Shown piece by piece: positions 37,261-50,799 of a stretch of 64,000 nt of DNA. Below the pieces are notes generated by a model. That model did no database searches, was not told the origin of the DNA, and saw nothing but the letters and a program-made list of their open reading frames with translations. Position 1 is the stretch's first letter. Each line of letters starts with the position of its first letter. Source of the stretch: Octopus vulgaris (lineage: Eukaryota); NCBI GenBank assembly GCA_951406725.2, contig OX597821.1, forward strand, positions 54,994,001-55,058,000, written 5' to 3'. Both the position numbers and the translations under genes were made by a program.

Positions 37261-39379
37261 TTATATATATTTATATATATATACACACACACATTTAATA
37301 AGCTTATGTATAGTCTCTAACTATCGATTTCATTCGTAAGGTATTGGTTAGCACTAGCTTAAGTAGAAGACTTTTGCTCATCATGTCATACAGAGGGATG
37401 GAACCTAAAGCCACAGGGTTATGAAACAAACTCTATAACCATACATTTAAGAATCACTTGTACGTTGAAATTTCATGTTCAATTTCAATTTTCTGTCATC
37501 CAAAATGAACAAAGAAAATCCACAGTTTGGTTAGAGTGTCTGACAAATTAAATATTTCTTGTAAACAGAATTTACAAAGAAGTCTCAACTGACCAACAAT
37601 CAATAAATGAAAATTATTATTTTGGAAAATATTGGTTTCTACCAATAAACACTTCATTAGAAAAATCTAAATCATTTGCTAATGAGACATATATAAAAGT
37701 ATAATATGGAGGCAACAGTAGTAAGGTGGTGGTGGTGGTGGTGGCAGTTGAGCTCCAAGAGATTGAGAAAACATTATCACAAACATTTATGTTTTTTCTT
37801 TTTTGACACAGTGTATGCAAAAAGTGGGTCACAAAATTCATCCTTTTTCTTTTTATACACAGTGTATCTAAGAATACATTATCCAATGTGACTTTTTTTT
37901 ACCGTCTCAGTGGCACGATTTGAGGGAGATTTAGCTGCTATATCAAACATGACAAGTGACCATGTAGATTTCCTGTTTTTGGCTCTGTATCAAAATTTCT
38001 AAACAAAGGACTAAGACTGAAGTTATATACCTTGACCGGGACATTGAGGGAGATAGCATCCTGAACAGCATTTGATGAATAATACCAAATAATTCCATTA
38101 TTTGGAATTGCATTCATGTGGATCAAATATTGAGAATCGGGGGTCAATAGATAAAGCATCACCAGCTTTTAATTTACTTTCAGAAAATCTTTGTTTCAGA
38201 CTTTTTCTTCCTTTCTTTTTTTGTTAGCCTTTTTTTAATGTTTTTTTAATGACTTTCTCTAGGGAGGAAGAGCAACAGTCATGACGTTGGGTAGGAGGAA
38301 CATAGTGATCTGCAGACAAGTAACTTGGTTTTAATACTTCCAATTAAGTGGACTCCATTAAAATTATGCAGATGTCAGGTAGTGATGATAAATAAAATCC
38401 ATGAGTTATGGATTAAATTTTCCTTCCATGAAACAATAAAAGCAAAGTTTCCCTCAGTTTCTGTCCTCAAAATTTCAGTCTTAAAATTAAAAGCTCACCA
38501 AAGTACTCAACAGTAGAGTGAAATCTCAAACTACTTGGTTACAAAGTGAAATTTTTTTTAACCACCTGACTATACCTGTATCCATATTATTGATCAAGTA
38601 GACAAACTATTAGTTATCTAAACTAGACACTAATGTGTTTTCTTTTTAATTCGACAAGAAATAAGTTTACTTCAATTCAATAAGAATATAACTAAATGAA
38701 TGTCAGGAAGGAAATGTCTTTCGTTTACTGGTAAATCAATAAACTGTTCAGTCTTGAAACTTTTGTTTCTTACTCAACAGTTAGAGATAGGAAAGACATC
38801 TACTATTTTACATAGAATAATACTATACAATAAACTTAATAAATGGCAGTCTAGAACATTAGAATTTGCTCAGTTGTCACTACAACTTTCAGATAAAGCA
38901 ATCCCTTCTTATTTATAAACATAATATAATTCCAATAAATAGCTAAGTCCAATGAGAATTTTCTGTTAACATCTATGTACAATAAGATAAGCACATTTGG
39001 AAGATTTACTAGTCTGGTACTTTGTTCTTTCACCACCAGAATGCTTGACAAGCAAAAATGACATCAGCTGGCTTTGGATTCAGGACATAGAGTGCCCTGA
39101 CTAAACTCCATAATATATTTTTTTCTAATGCTCTAACACTTCAAATGTGATATCAAAATTTCAAAATTACAACTAAGCTAAGGTATCTAGAGTTGCACGT
39201 GTGGTGCCAAATATGCTGAAACAATTCTAATTACATGGAACCAAAACTTATAGTTAGTTTTATGTAATTTCTTTTGTAAGTCAAATTATATTTACACAAA
39301 CACGCATACACTCACACATATGTATAGATCGCTCTACTCTCTATCAGCCAAGCTATCAGACATTCTTAAACATTGATGG

Positions 39380-39880
39380 TCAAATATGGTTCCATTCTTC
39401 CTTTGATTGTACAATTCTTTCATTTGGGTCTAAATGTTTTGACTATGTCATCTACCAATCCTTTTGGAGGTCTTCCAACTGGTTTATTTTATGGTCTACT
39501 ACTGACCTCTGGGTGTCCAGCTCTGTCCATATGGACTGCAGCTGATTCTGAAGTTTCTGCAATGTGCACAATATCAACTGAAAATTATAGGTGTGTTACT
39601 AACTCATTGTTGATGCTGGTGCCACCTTTCCAATCAATGGTTCTGGTGACCATTTTGTGACATGTAGTGAGGGGCTTTGGACAGATGGTATCTTCTAGTT
39701 TGATTCCCTTACTGAGTTATATTGTGTGGTATATCATGAGTTTTTGTCCATGAGAATTTGATGTATCATTCCTCAATTCCTTGCATATCCAGAGACTTCA
39801 ACACTGCATTCACCTTGACAGTATCAAAAACATTTTGCAATCAAAGAAAGCTGTGCTAAGAGACTGCTTATACTCTTTTA
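39380..39880 (-). mobile_element. Decayed RTE-like LINE 3' fragment
   Basis: Minus strand GRPPK motif (GGAAGACCTCCAAAAGG) and GHM-like motif near 39520-39540; heavily degraded. Confidence 0.5.
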
Positions 39881-40016
39881 TTCTTGAAGCTGTATTTCAG
39901 AGAATACATGCTCTCTCTGTCAGTCTGTTTGTTTGTCCGTCTGTCTGTCTCTCATTCTGTCCTTCCATCCTTTCGTCCGTCTCTCTCTCTCTCTCTCCCT
40001 CCATATATATACATGA

Positions 40017-40073
<57 letters not shown>

Positions 40074-40439
40074 ATCATGTATATATATATATGATATATA
40101 TATGTACATGTATGTGTGTGTGGAGGGGTGACTTTCTCTGGTTATGACTATTAATACAAGACTTTAGAATATTTGCATAAAGAATAGCTATACACCTGGG
40201 ACCTGTGGTAAGAGAGATCAAGAAAGACTTAGGATGAAATGGTGAAAAGGAATCTGGAGTTGTTGTAGTTCATAGGGGAGATGACAAGGGACAATGGAGA
40301 GTGGTAATACACTGTGTGGGCAAAGACTCCTCTGCTTGTCCAGGCAAGCTGAAATATGTTAAAATTTGTGCCCATACCATGGCAATGAATAATGCATTGA
40401 GGCATTCAAAAAGCTTAGAAAAGCCATTAGGATGAAGAG

Positions 40440-40800
40440 ATTAAAGAAAAATCTGAAAACGATCTACATTCATGACAATGTATGACCACACATATCTTTA
40501 AAAAAATACCAAGCAATTGGCAAATTGGGCTGGTCTCCCATACACTGAATAGCTCAGATTCAGCAGCCTGTGACTTCAGTCTTTGGACACAAGGATTTGA
40601 TGACACAGACAAGATGAAAGTGTCTGTGAAATAGATACAACTGCACACCTGAATTTTTTCAAAGGAGATTTATGAAATGGTTCAATGATGACACAAATTC
40701 ATTATTTGAGAAGGAGACTATGTCAAATAGTATTGTTTTTTATAGAGAAAGACTTAACGTATCAATTTGTGTAATTTGAATAACTTATGTCATACAATAA
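40440..40800 (+). mobile_element. Highly decayed mariner 3' fragment
   Basis: CATACACTGAATAGCTCAGATTCAGCAGCCTGTGACTTC (YSPDLAPCDF-like) and GAAGGAGACTATGTC (EGDYV). Confidence 0.6.
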
Positions 40801-41989
40801 AATAAATTATGCCCACTTTTACATCAAGTAATATCTGATCCACATACTAACATACCACCCCCTTCCTTTCTCACTTTTACTACCTAAGTTCTCTTGAACA
40901 ACTTGAGATATATAAGGGATCTCTTCAGATTTACATATACCCTATACACTCTGCCTATACTCCCCAATAACCATTTAGTGTCAACATTCTTCATTCATTC
41001 TCAAAATTATTCACATTTTGCTAGAAAGCACTCACTCACTTTATTTTCTTTACAACTGGTGCCATGATAAAGTGTAACTAATACACTGTAAAATGAATGG
41101 TGTTAAATGTACAGCAATTAAAGAGTAAATTGTTTTCTAGCTTCCAAGATATTTGAAACTGTGTGCTAACTTTTTGAACGTGATTTATATGTGATGAATT
41201 TATAGTATATAAATTCCAAAACTGTTATGTAAGAGAAATGAGCAAAAGAGTATGTGTACTGTGTGTCTCAGAGAAAGAAAGAGAGAGAGAGAGAGAGAGA
41301 GAAAGCATAAAATAAAGAAAGACAAGGAGAGTTAAAAAAGGAAAGAGATTAAAAGAAATTAATGAGAAAATGAAGGAGAAGGAAAAGTAGAGGGTTTGAT
41401 GTTAAGAACTGACAATGTTTCTGTACTTCACACAAATACTTTTATTCTAATACCACTCAATTGCAACAACTAGTCTTTTGATATCTTTTCTTAAATCCTC
41501 AATATTTTACCACCAAGGGGTTTTGAATCTAGGGGTTTTTCTTCATGTGTTATTCTAGGATGATTTTGGTGATTTGTGATCAAATTTTAGAAAAGATTTA
41601 TTGAGATAATTTATTGAGATAATTTAATGTTGTTTCAAAGACAGACAAACATCAACACCTGTTAATACATATCTATTATTAATGTTCTGAGAAGACATGA
41701 TATATTATTGGAACTGAAAATATTTTCACCAGAAATGTTGCTTCGTTAGTGGGTGATACTCATTTTACTAAAGCAATATTATATTTTCATTGAAAAAAAA
41801 AAAAACAAAAACAAAACAAAATCAGTTATATAAAGAAGAATTTTATTTGCATTAACTCAATTCTCTTTTAGATAATACATCTAAGAAAACAACCAATGAT
41901 CATAACTATATGCTTAGGCAGAAGTAGGATTAAAATGCTAATTTTGACAAAATTATAATTCATTATGGCTTTCTAATTTGCTCTCATAC

Positions 41990-42197
41990 TTTTTTACTCT
42001 TTTACTTGTTTCAGTCATTTGACTGTGGCCATGCTGGAGCACCACCTTTAGTCGAACGAATCGATCCCAGGACTTATTCTTTGTAAGCCTAGTAGTTATT
42101 CTATCGATCTCTTATGCTGAACCACTAGGTTATGGAGACGTAAACACACCAGCATCGGTTGTCAAGTGATGTTGGGGGGACAAACACAAACACACAA

Positions 42198-42284
<87 letters not shown>

Positions 42285-42439
42285 TACGACGGGCTTCTTT
42301 CAGCTTCCGTCAACCAAATCCACTCACAAGGCTTTGGTCGGCCTGAGGCTATAGTAGAAGACATGCCCAAGGTGCCATGCAGTGGGACTGAACCTGGAAC
42401 CATGTGGTTCGTAAGCAAGCTACGTACCACATAGCCACT
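41990..42439 (-). mobile_element. SINE family A, full length
   Basis: Reverse complement of the family A consensus. Confidence 0.92.
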
Positions 42440-42486
42440 TCATAGCTGAAAATGTTTTGATTTTAATATCACAAATAAGTAAAAAA

Positions 42487-43360
42487 TGGTGATGAACAGG
42501 CAGATTCATTAGCATGCCAGACAAAATGCTGCTAAGCATTTTGTCTGTCTTTATGTTCTGAGTTCAAATTCTGCTGAGGTCATCTTTGCCTTTTATCTTT
42601 CCAGGGTCGATAAAATAAGTACCAGTTGGATACTGGGGTTGATATAATTGACTCACCCTTTCCTCTGTAATTGCTGGTCTTGTGCCAAAATTTGAAATCA
42701 ATATTATAAATAAGTAAGGTGGTCAGCTGGTAGAATTATTGATGCACTGGGAAAAATTCTTAGCAGCATTTTCTCCATTTTTATGTTCTGAGTTTAAATG
42801 CCACCAGACTTGAATTACCATTCCTCCTTTTGGGGTCGATAAAATAAGTACCAGTTGAGCATTAGGATTGATGTAATAGACTTATCTCCCTCCCTGAAAT
42901 TGCTGGCCTTGTGCCAAAATTTGAAATCAGAAATAAGATGGTAAGCTGGTGGAACTGTTAGCATGCTGGACAAGATGTTTAGTGGCATTTCATCTGTCTT
43001 TACATTTTGAGTTCAAATTCTGTTGAGGTCCACTTTGCCTTTCATCCTTTCCAGATTGATAAAATAAGTACCAGCTGAACAGTGGGGGTCAATGTAATCG
43101 ACTTACCCCAACCACTGAAACTGCTAGCCTTGTACCAAAGTTTGAAACCAATATTACAAATTGCAACAAACTAGCAAAATTGTTAGCATTCCAAACAATG
43201 CTTAGCAGCATTTTTTCTGGCTTTATGTTTAGTATTTAAATTTCACTGAGATTTGACTTTGCCTTTTATCCTTTTGTGATAGATAAATTAAGTACTGAGA
43301 TCAATGTGATTGACTAGCCCTTTCCCCAAAAATTTCAGACCATGAGCTCATAGGGAAATG
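42487..43360 (+). mobile_element. Head-to-tail array of four SINE family B copies
   Basis: ~215-bp units starting ~42487, 42717, 42937, 43165; each has (G)TTCAAAT...GATAAAATAAGTAC; the first three end CCTTGTGCCAAAATTTGAAA-like. Confidence 0.85.
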
Positions 43361-45869
43361 ATTAAAGGAATATTAAAAATTGACAGATGCTGGATTAGCA
43401 GAATCACTACAACTGCAGGCAAAACAAGGGAACTTCAATATAGTTGTCAATTGACTTTCCAGGAAATAGTAACAGAAAATAGTAAATCTCCTTCAAGTTA
43501 CACCCAATCTTCTTATAAAATGAAGCTCACATTGAATGATGTGCTTCTAAATATATTGTACTGGAAGGCTTAATTTAAATAAGAATATTTTCAGACAGGC
43601 TTTTATTGGAAAATCAGAAATGGTTTAAGGCAAATTTGTGTTAAAAGGACAAACTACTTCAAACCAATTTCAGAATCTCTTTTGAAGTTATTATTGTGTA
43701 TTGTATCAATGATGAATACAGTGAGAGTAAACAATACATATATTCAATTCTGCAAGTTAGCAAAGCACATGTTAATCATACAATACTCCTACTGCTTACA
43801 CATGATACCTATATTGCCATTGACTGATGTTGAACTGATTTATTTCTTGACAGATTGATTTATTGAATCAATAAGTGATTTATTTCTTATCAATTCATTT
43901 ACTTCTCAGCTTCATTCATTGGAAATTGACCTTTGTGAGTTGATAAATGATTTAGCTACAGACCAAGCTTGCTGTGGTATAATTCACAGCTTGATAGTTT
44001 ACTTACATTGTCTCTGCAGAAGTTTGATGAATTAGCTGAACTACTAACATTATAGACTAAACTTACCAAAGACCTTTGTCTTTGGTGCTATTAGGAACTA
44101 TCAATTCGGTTTTGATGCTTATCCTCACCTGTGGTCATGACTGTTTGGTGCTGACAAAGAGTACAATTATGAATACAAGCAGATAAAATGGAGTTCCTTC
44201 AAAGGATTTACTGGACAGGATGTGAAGCTCAGAGATCAAGGAGTCTCTCCAGGTCACACTGATACTTCTCTGAATTTAGAGCTCACAGCTCTAGTACTAC
44301 TGACATGTGATAAGAATGCCCACAAGAAAAAAATTGCAAGATAGATTCTTCAAGCCAAGCAAACAAGCAGGCACCCTAAGAGTAGAGCAAGAAATGTCCA
44401 TAATCTCATCTGGTCAGGCTAAGGATTCCAGCCAGAAATACTAATGGTGGACGATTCTGATGGGACCTTGTAGAAGAGGTGCCTGAAAACTCTGTCCCCA
44501 TGACATTCCCACAAATAGTGGGCAGAGAAGCTGAATAAATGGACGAGTAGAAAAAAATATACAGAAATATGGTACTAATCTATGCCACAACCAACCTATA
44601 TCAAAGGAATTCTAGCCACGACCAACCTATATTTTTCCAACATAAAATGGATCTTGGTCAGAATTTCCAACCATGAGTTTTCAGTTTATTGAATTAATCT
44701 GTAAGTGACTGAGTATTCCATAGAAACATTACCTTTTGTGTAATTCCCAGAAATCAACATAAGGCTTGACTTTTGGATTGCTGGTGTATCTATTTGATGG
44801 ATTCTGACAGAATCCACATCTAACTAATTTCATTCAAAGTATAGGTTTACCCAAGGCAATAGAAATAAGACTCACCAAAGATGCTATGCAGGACCTTAAC
44901 CATTTGGCCTGACATTACTTAGAATACAATAGGTGCTATATAGCTGAGCGCTTATGCAGTCTTAGATATAATATTATTCACACATGTTACAACTGCTAAA
45001 ACAGATCTTGATTACAGGTCTTAATAGTGGTTGCTGGTCTTATTTAATCCTTTGCCAATCTTGGTAGCACTGACTTAGGCTCAAAGGCATTCTAACCATT
45101 TTCTTCCTATCTTTTGTATATTTAGGAATACATTGTCCACTGGGTCTTTTTCTCTCTTCTAAGCAAGCAAGAGGTGATTTTGAAAAGGTTTGGCTGCAAT
45201 GCCCAGCAGTCTAAATGACCATGTAGAGGTTCCCTCATTATCTCATATAGTTTAATTATATCAGTATGTGAAAATTGCTAATCTTTAGTACAGTGGGAGG
45301 TGAGTTAATTAGTGTACTTTGTGTATGTGTTTGAATGTATGTATGTATATGTGTGTGCATGTGTGTATGTGCTAGGGAAGAGGTTAATTAGCTTGCTTTG
45401 CTGGAAATATTCTATTAACTTTCACAAAGTAATCTACTATAACTATCATATATAATAAAGAAATATAAATAATTAATTGCAGAAATCAATTATTTCACAT
45501 GACCATCATTATAATTGTTTATAACCTGATATGCTTAATGTTTAAGTATATTGGAGAGATAAATAAACATATATGGGAAAATACTCAGAAACAGATGGCA
45601 GTTGAGGAGATGATAGCAAGAGTCAAAGACATAGAAAGAGAAAAAGAAAAGGAACAAAATGTAAGGAAAGAAAGTAAAATCAGAAAAAATCATCTATATG
45701 CGTGCACTTTCATACATATACACACACATGCACACACACTCTGTGCAAATAGATAGCCAGATGGACATGCAGGCAGGCAGGCCGACAGACACAGACAGAC
45801 AGACAGACAGAAAGAAAGAATATAATATGAGTAAGCAGTTGCAAAGCATCAGATTATTTATAACAGAAT

Positions 45870-46200
45870 ACAGAAAAGAGTACATAGACTTATAAGTATA
45901 GCAAACAACCAGGAGAAGAGTACATAGACTTATAAATATAGCAAACAACCAGGAGAATCCATCCAGAGAATGAAAGCTGAATGTTATTTTCAAAGACAGA
46001 TTCAAATCCACAAAATTCATTCAGCAATGTTGTTGATGAAATAAAGGAGAATTTGAGTGGGTCTTCATGTTGGTTCAGCCTAGATGGGGATGTAGAATCC
46101 ATAGGATCACTACTGGTAATCTTGCAAGTAATGGACAGGAAAATGATGGTAGTTCTTTACATCTGTTTCAGGAGTTGGTGTTCATTAGAAGCTTTTTTGT
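45870..46200 (+). pseudogene. Fossil hAT-related (CGGBP/DUF659-like) transposase fragment
   Basis: SNVVDEIKENLSGSSCWFSLD resembles the I..I...L....W.S.DE block of such transposases; includes a 40-bp tandem duplication at 45875-45955. Confidence 0.4.
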
Positions 46201-46250
46201 GCAACTTGTCAACATATACATGAGTTAGATTGGTGCTTGTTATTGTATAT

Positions 46251-46563
46251 CAGTGGTTACCAAAGAGGGCAGTATTGCAACCTCTGGGGGCAGTGGAAAG
46301 TTCCAAGGGGACGTTGAAGAAAAGTGGGGCGATAATGGGGTAGTGATTGATGTAAAAAGTGGGGTGATAGAGGGGTAGTGATTCATGTGAAAACAACAAA
46401 ATAATGGGTTCATTAGGTTAAGTTTTATCTGTGAAATACAGTTGCTTTGATTTTGCTTCAGAAAGGAGTCTATATGTTTGTGACGATTATTTGAGGTGGG
46501 GGCACTAGACATGTGGCCTGGGTGTCAAGGGGGCAGCAATCTCAAAAAGCTTGGGAACCACTG
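46251..46563. mobile_element. hAT (Charlie-like) MITE
   Basis: TIRs CAGTGGTTACCAAA / TTGGGAACCACTG; perfect 8-bp TSD TTGTATAT (46243-50, 46564-71). Confidence 0.88.
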
Positions 46564-47030
46564 TTGTATATGAAACAGCACAGGTGAAAGTTGTATGATC
46601 AACCTAGCCCATCAGAAGAATAACATAGATGAAACTATAGTTTATAAATCTGCTGAGCCATAGCAGGACCGATAACCAGTTGGTAGAACTCAATACACCT
46701 ATAATGCAGAATGTCAGTTTCAATTGAGAAGCAGTGTGGTTTATATGGCATCCTCACCTCTGGATTCTAGATAAACCAGAAGATAAGTACAGATCTCCAG
46801 AGGCTTGATGTCACCTTGGAGGATGCAGAGGGATGACACAGGACTGCCAGTGATGGAGAGCACTGGTGGACCTGGTCAGCTCTATACAGGATGATGCTTC
46901 TGAAACTACTAATTTGGAATGGCTCCAGCCCCATCAAGCAAGAGCAGAAAACCAAGAAGGTTAACCAAGCCTTACACATATAAACACATTTATTTAGAAA
47001 TACATAGATATAGACTATGCAATCATATAT

Positions 47031-47062
<32 letters not shown>

Positions 47063-47065
<3 letters not shown>

Positions 47066-47215
47066 GTGAAATAATTAGCAGTAGTTATTCAGAAATTACA
47101 GTAATCAGATTAAGAACAGGTTGGAAAAAGTTCAGGAAGCTATTAGCTCTACTAGTAACGAAATCTTTTCCCCCAGAGAAAAAGGTCAATTGCATGACAC
47201 TAGTGCTAGAACTAT
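47063..47215 (+). mobile_element. RTE-like LINE fragment
   Basis: RLRTGWKKFRKLL; homologous to 51130-51230. Confidence 0.65.
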
Positions 47216-47759
47216 TACCAATTATGCCTCTTTTGACTCTACCCTGAAATATCCCTGCCTTTCTCTTAATACTTTTGTTCCTTCCACTTTCCCACTGATT
47301 TTGGCCCTTCTGTTGTCACTGCTCCCTTTCCTATTTCCCTGTTCAGTCTACACACCTTAGATAACTGAATATATACGACATTTACTGAGGAAAAGACATA
47401 TCAATTGAAGTAAACACCTCCCCTGCTACGCTCCCACTTCAGGTGAATGATGAGTAAAACTACTCCCTAGAGCTGGTACTATGAAAAATACACCCAGTAC
47501 ACTTTGTAAGGCAGAAGCTTATAGGTAGTGTTTAGCATATAAATTCAACACTTAGTGATATGAAGATCCTCATCATTAAAGAAAAGTATATAGGAATAAT
47601 CAAGTAACTTCTACAAAGTGTCATACCGTAGAAATCAAGGCAGATGACAGGTACAAGCATCAGTCTATGGGAGCAGTGGCTCCTAATAGGATATTAAATG
47701 GATTGTGATGCCCTACCCATGTCAGCATGGTAAGCAAATATAAAATGATGATAGTGATA

Positions 47760-47796
<37 letters not shown>

Positions 47797-47845
47797 CATA
47801 TATATACATATATACATATATATATACATATATATACATATATAC

Positions 47846-47913
<68 letters not shown>

Positions 47914-48094
47914 ATAGTTTGATGACAGAAAGTAATGGGTTACTTTGATGCAAGTTCATTGCAGTCAAATGGTATTTGACAGATATGTGGTTTAAATCCT
48001 GTAGGCAAGTCTATCCACTTTATTCTGCTTTATTTCATATTTGTGAAGTTGCTTACATCTTAGTTAATCTTACTGTGTACAGGTATGTGTGTGG

Positions 48095-48125
<31 letters not shown>

Positions 48126-48660
48126 TGTATTTATGTATGTATGTGTGCATGTATGTGTGTATGTATGTGTGTGTTTGTATGCATGTATGTATATATGCAC
48201 AGAGAGAGAAGGAGGGAGAGAGTTAATGATGCAAATAAAGAAATAAACACACTCAGGCTTGATATATAAAATATACATATTGAGAGAGAGAAAGAGAGAG
48301 AGTGAGAGAGAGAGAGAGAGAGAAACTGAAAATATCCAAATGAACATTTGTATACAATTATGTAGATATTTATATATTTTCAAGAAAGTATTACATGGAG
48401 TACAAAAGATACAAAAAAATTGAGGTGAGGGCACGGTATATAAATATTACCATAAACCTAACCTCCACCGTGAAGGCAGAGGCTGGATTTATATATATAT
48501 ATATATATAAGTTTAGCAAAAACTTAGATTCAGATGAGTATGGTATTTAGGTTAAAGGCACCACAATTTGGTATGGTATTATTCATATAAATCAAATGGG
48601 TGATTATAAACAAAATAAGCAACAAGGATATTCATCCTTGCAACAAGAAATCATCCCCCC

Positions 48661-49020
48661 AGTTGTAATTGTAGAATTAGATCAAGGTGTCCGGTATCTG
48701 GTTGGTGTCTAGTCCAAAACCTAATTTATAAATGTGCAGTAATGACTTCAAATAATAGCTATTTTTATTTTGGATGTTCGATAGATCTGAAAAACGCTTA
48801 AACAATCATTTATGTAGTTTTAGACTTAAACATAAGGTGGGTTGCACAATGATGTCTAGTAAAATTTGGGAATTGAAAGGAAAAAATATCGAGTTTAACA
48901 TAAAATTGGATATAATAAGGAAGGCACAGCCTTATAAAAATAGTAGAGATGGATGTGAACTTTGTTCTATGGAGTATATGAAATTTTGAAACATCGGAAT
49001 AATATAAACTTCTTGAATAA
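48661..49020 (+). pseudogene. PLE GIY-YIG endonuclease relic
   Basis: SCNCRIRSRCPVSGWCLVQNLIYKCAVMTSNNSYFYFGCSIDL /fs/ KRLNNHLCSFRLKHKVGCTMMSSKIWELKGKNIEFNIKLDIIRKAQPYKNSRDGCELCSMEY. Confidence 0.88.
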
Positions 49021-49491
49021 CCGTTTTGATCTAGGCGTATCCTGCGCACATTGTGTCACCTGTACTTTTAAGTATTTTAAATAATAGCATTCTGACTATT
49101 CCTAAATTTTCAAATCTTAATGTTTTGTAACAAAATAAGGAAATAATATACTATTCTAGTTTTTATTTAACCTGCGTAGATTATTAAGAAATTTAATAAT
49201 ATAAATAAATTGAATAAGGTGAAATAAAATCTTTTTAAACTTTTCTATATAGGATTGCATAAATTCCATATATTTAGTGAAATTATTAAGTTCATCTTGA
49301 TTACCTCCCTTCCATTACACTTTAAAACATTTTAGAGGCTCTTGATATATGTGATAATTGCTAAGTTTTTTTTTTATGCAGGAAATAAAAAATATGTCTA
49401 GCATATTCCTTTAATTTAACTCATTAATACAAATAAATTACTATTTACTAACTAACTATAAATCTATATTAATAATAATCTGATATAAATC

Positions 49492-49838
49492 CTAAAATCT
49501 TAAAAATGTTTTAACCCGAAGGCCGCGGCCATGCTGGGGCACCACCACTGAATAAGCTACACTAATATGTGAATCCACCTCTGATACATGGCACTTGATC
49601 AACAAGGGAGTTCGATGCTGCTGCCCGCATCTGCGTCTCCTGTCGTGAGGTAGGTTCATCTGGGACTCCCGACAAGAAGAGATCCAGTTTAGTTTTAAAG
49701 AAAACCACATCCACACCATGTAAGTCTCTCAGGCATTTAGGGAGGATGTTAAAGAGCTGTGGTCCTCTGAAACCCAAGCTGTTGCAGTATCTGGATCTGT
49801 ATTTTGATGGTGATGTTGGAATCTTTGGCACCATGCAC
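49492..49838 (-). mobile_element. CR1-group LINE 3' end nested in PLE
   Basis: NSLGFRGPQLFNILPKCLRDL...FKTKLDLFLSGVPDEP...AASNSL parallels the C-terminus of the 544-1722 ORF; 3' UTR GGTGGTGCCCCAGCATGGCCGCGGCCTTCGGGTTAAAAC. Confidence 0.88.
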
Positions 49839-50344
49839 TTACAAATATATATATTTTTATAAATATGAAATGACTTCTATACTCCCCATCTCTATATAAG
49901 ATACTAAAATTTATTAGAATCCTTTGGAAGAAACAATCTAAAAGATATTTATTTAAAATCACAAGTAAGATTATGGCTGTTAAATAGTAAGGACATTAGA
50001 AGTCTCTATTCTCCCTACCACATTAGCTTCCGCCTACTATAGCTGAAATATAGTCAAATGTACCAGAGTTAAATTCCTCATAAAAGGGATGGATTTAAAC
50101 TGCCCCTTCTGCTATCTACAAATAGAAAAATTCTTGATTGTTTCCACTGAACTTAATAGAAAAGCCCTGCCCCATTGGTAAATCTAAATAACAAAGTGAA
50201 CTCATTGATAAAAAATCTGCCCATGAGTTAAGATCTCCTACTACCATGTTTTTATTGATGAAAGTCACCTCTCTGTCTATATACCTACCCTCTTTGTAAT
50301 GTTGGAAAATGGAATAGGTATAAAAATTTTTTAAATTCCATATC

Positions 50345-50428
50345 TGGCTGAAGAGTGCTCTACATTTTAAAACTGATGTAATACTTACATTGTTTAATTA
50401 AATGAAGTAGCATGAAACGATTGTACTA
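50345..50428 (+). ncRNA. Type I hammerhead ribozyme, extended stem II
   Basis: TGG-CTGAAGA-GTGCT...AGCAT-GAAAC-GATT-GTA-CTA; core intact, stem I only 3 bp. Confidence 0.72.
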
Positions 50429-50643
50429 CACTACCTTTGGATATCCTTGTTGCTTATTTTGATTATATATATATATATATGTGTATATATCAAGCCCAAG
50501 TGTGTTTGGTTGCATCATTATCTTCATACCAGTTTACTTGGATTCCACTTTATTCCATGGATTTAGTTCTTGATAAAGATTTCAGAATGTAAGTTCAAAT
50601 CATTTGAGCACTACTACGCATTTTTCTATATTGAGCATCTCTG

Positions 50644-50781
<138 letters not shown>

Positions 50782-50799
50782 AGGAGAGAGTGAGAGAGA

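Larger units (their letters stand above)
48510..50465 (+). mobile_element. 5'-truncated Penelope-like element: inverted terminal arm, GIY-YIG relic, 3' UTR with HHR; nested LINE fragment
   Basis: CAAAATAAGCAACAAGGATAT (48611) is the reverse complement of ATATCCTTGTTGCTTATTTTG (50441); (TA)n on both sides. Confidence 0.8.
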
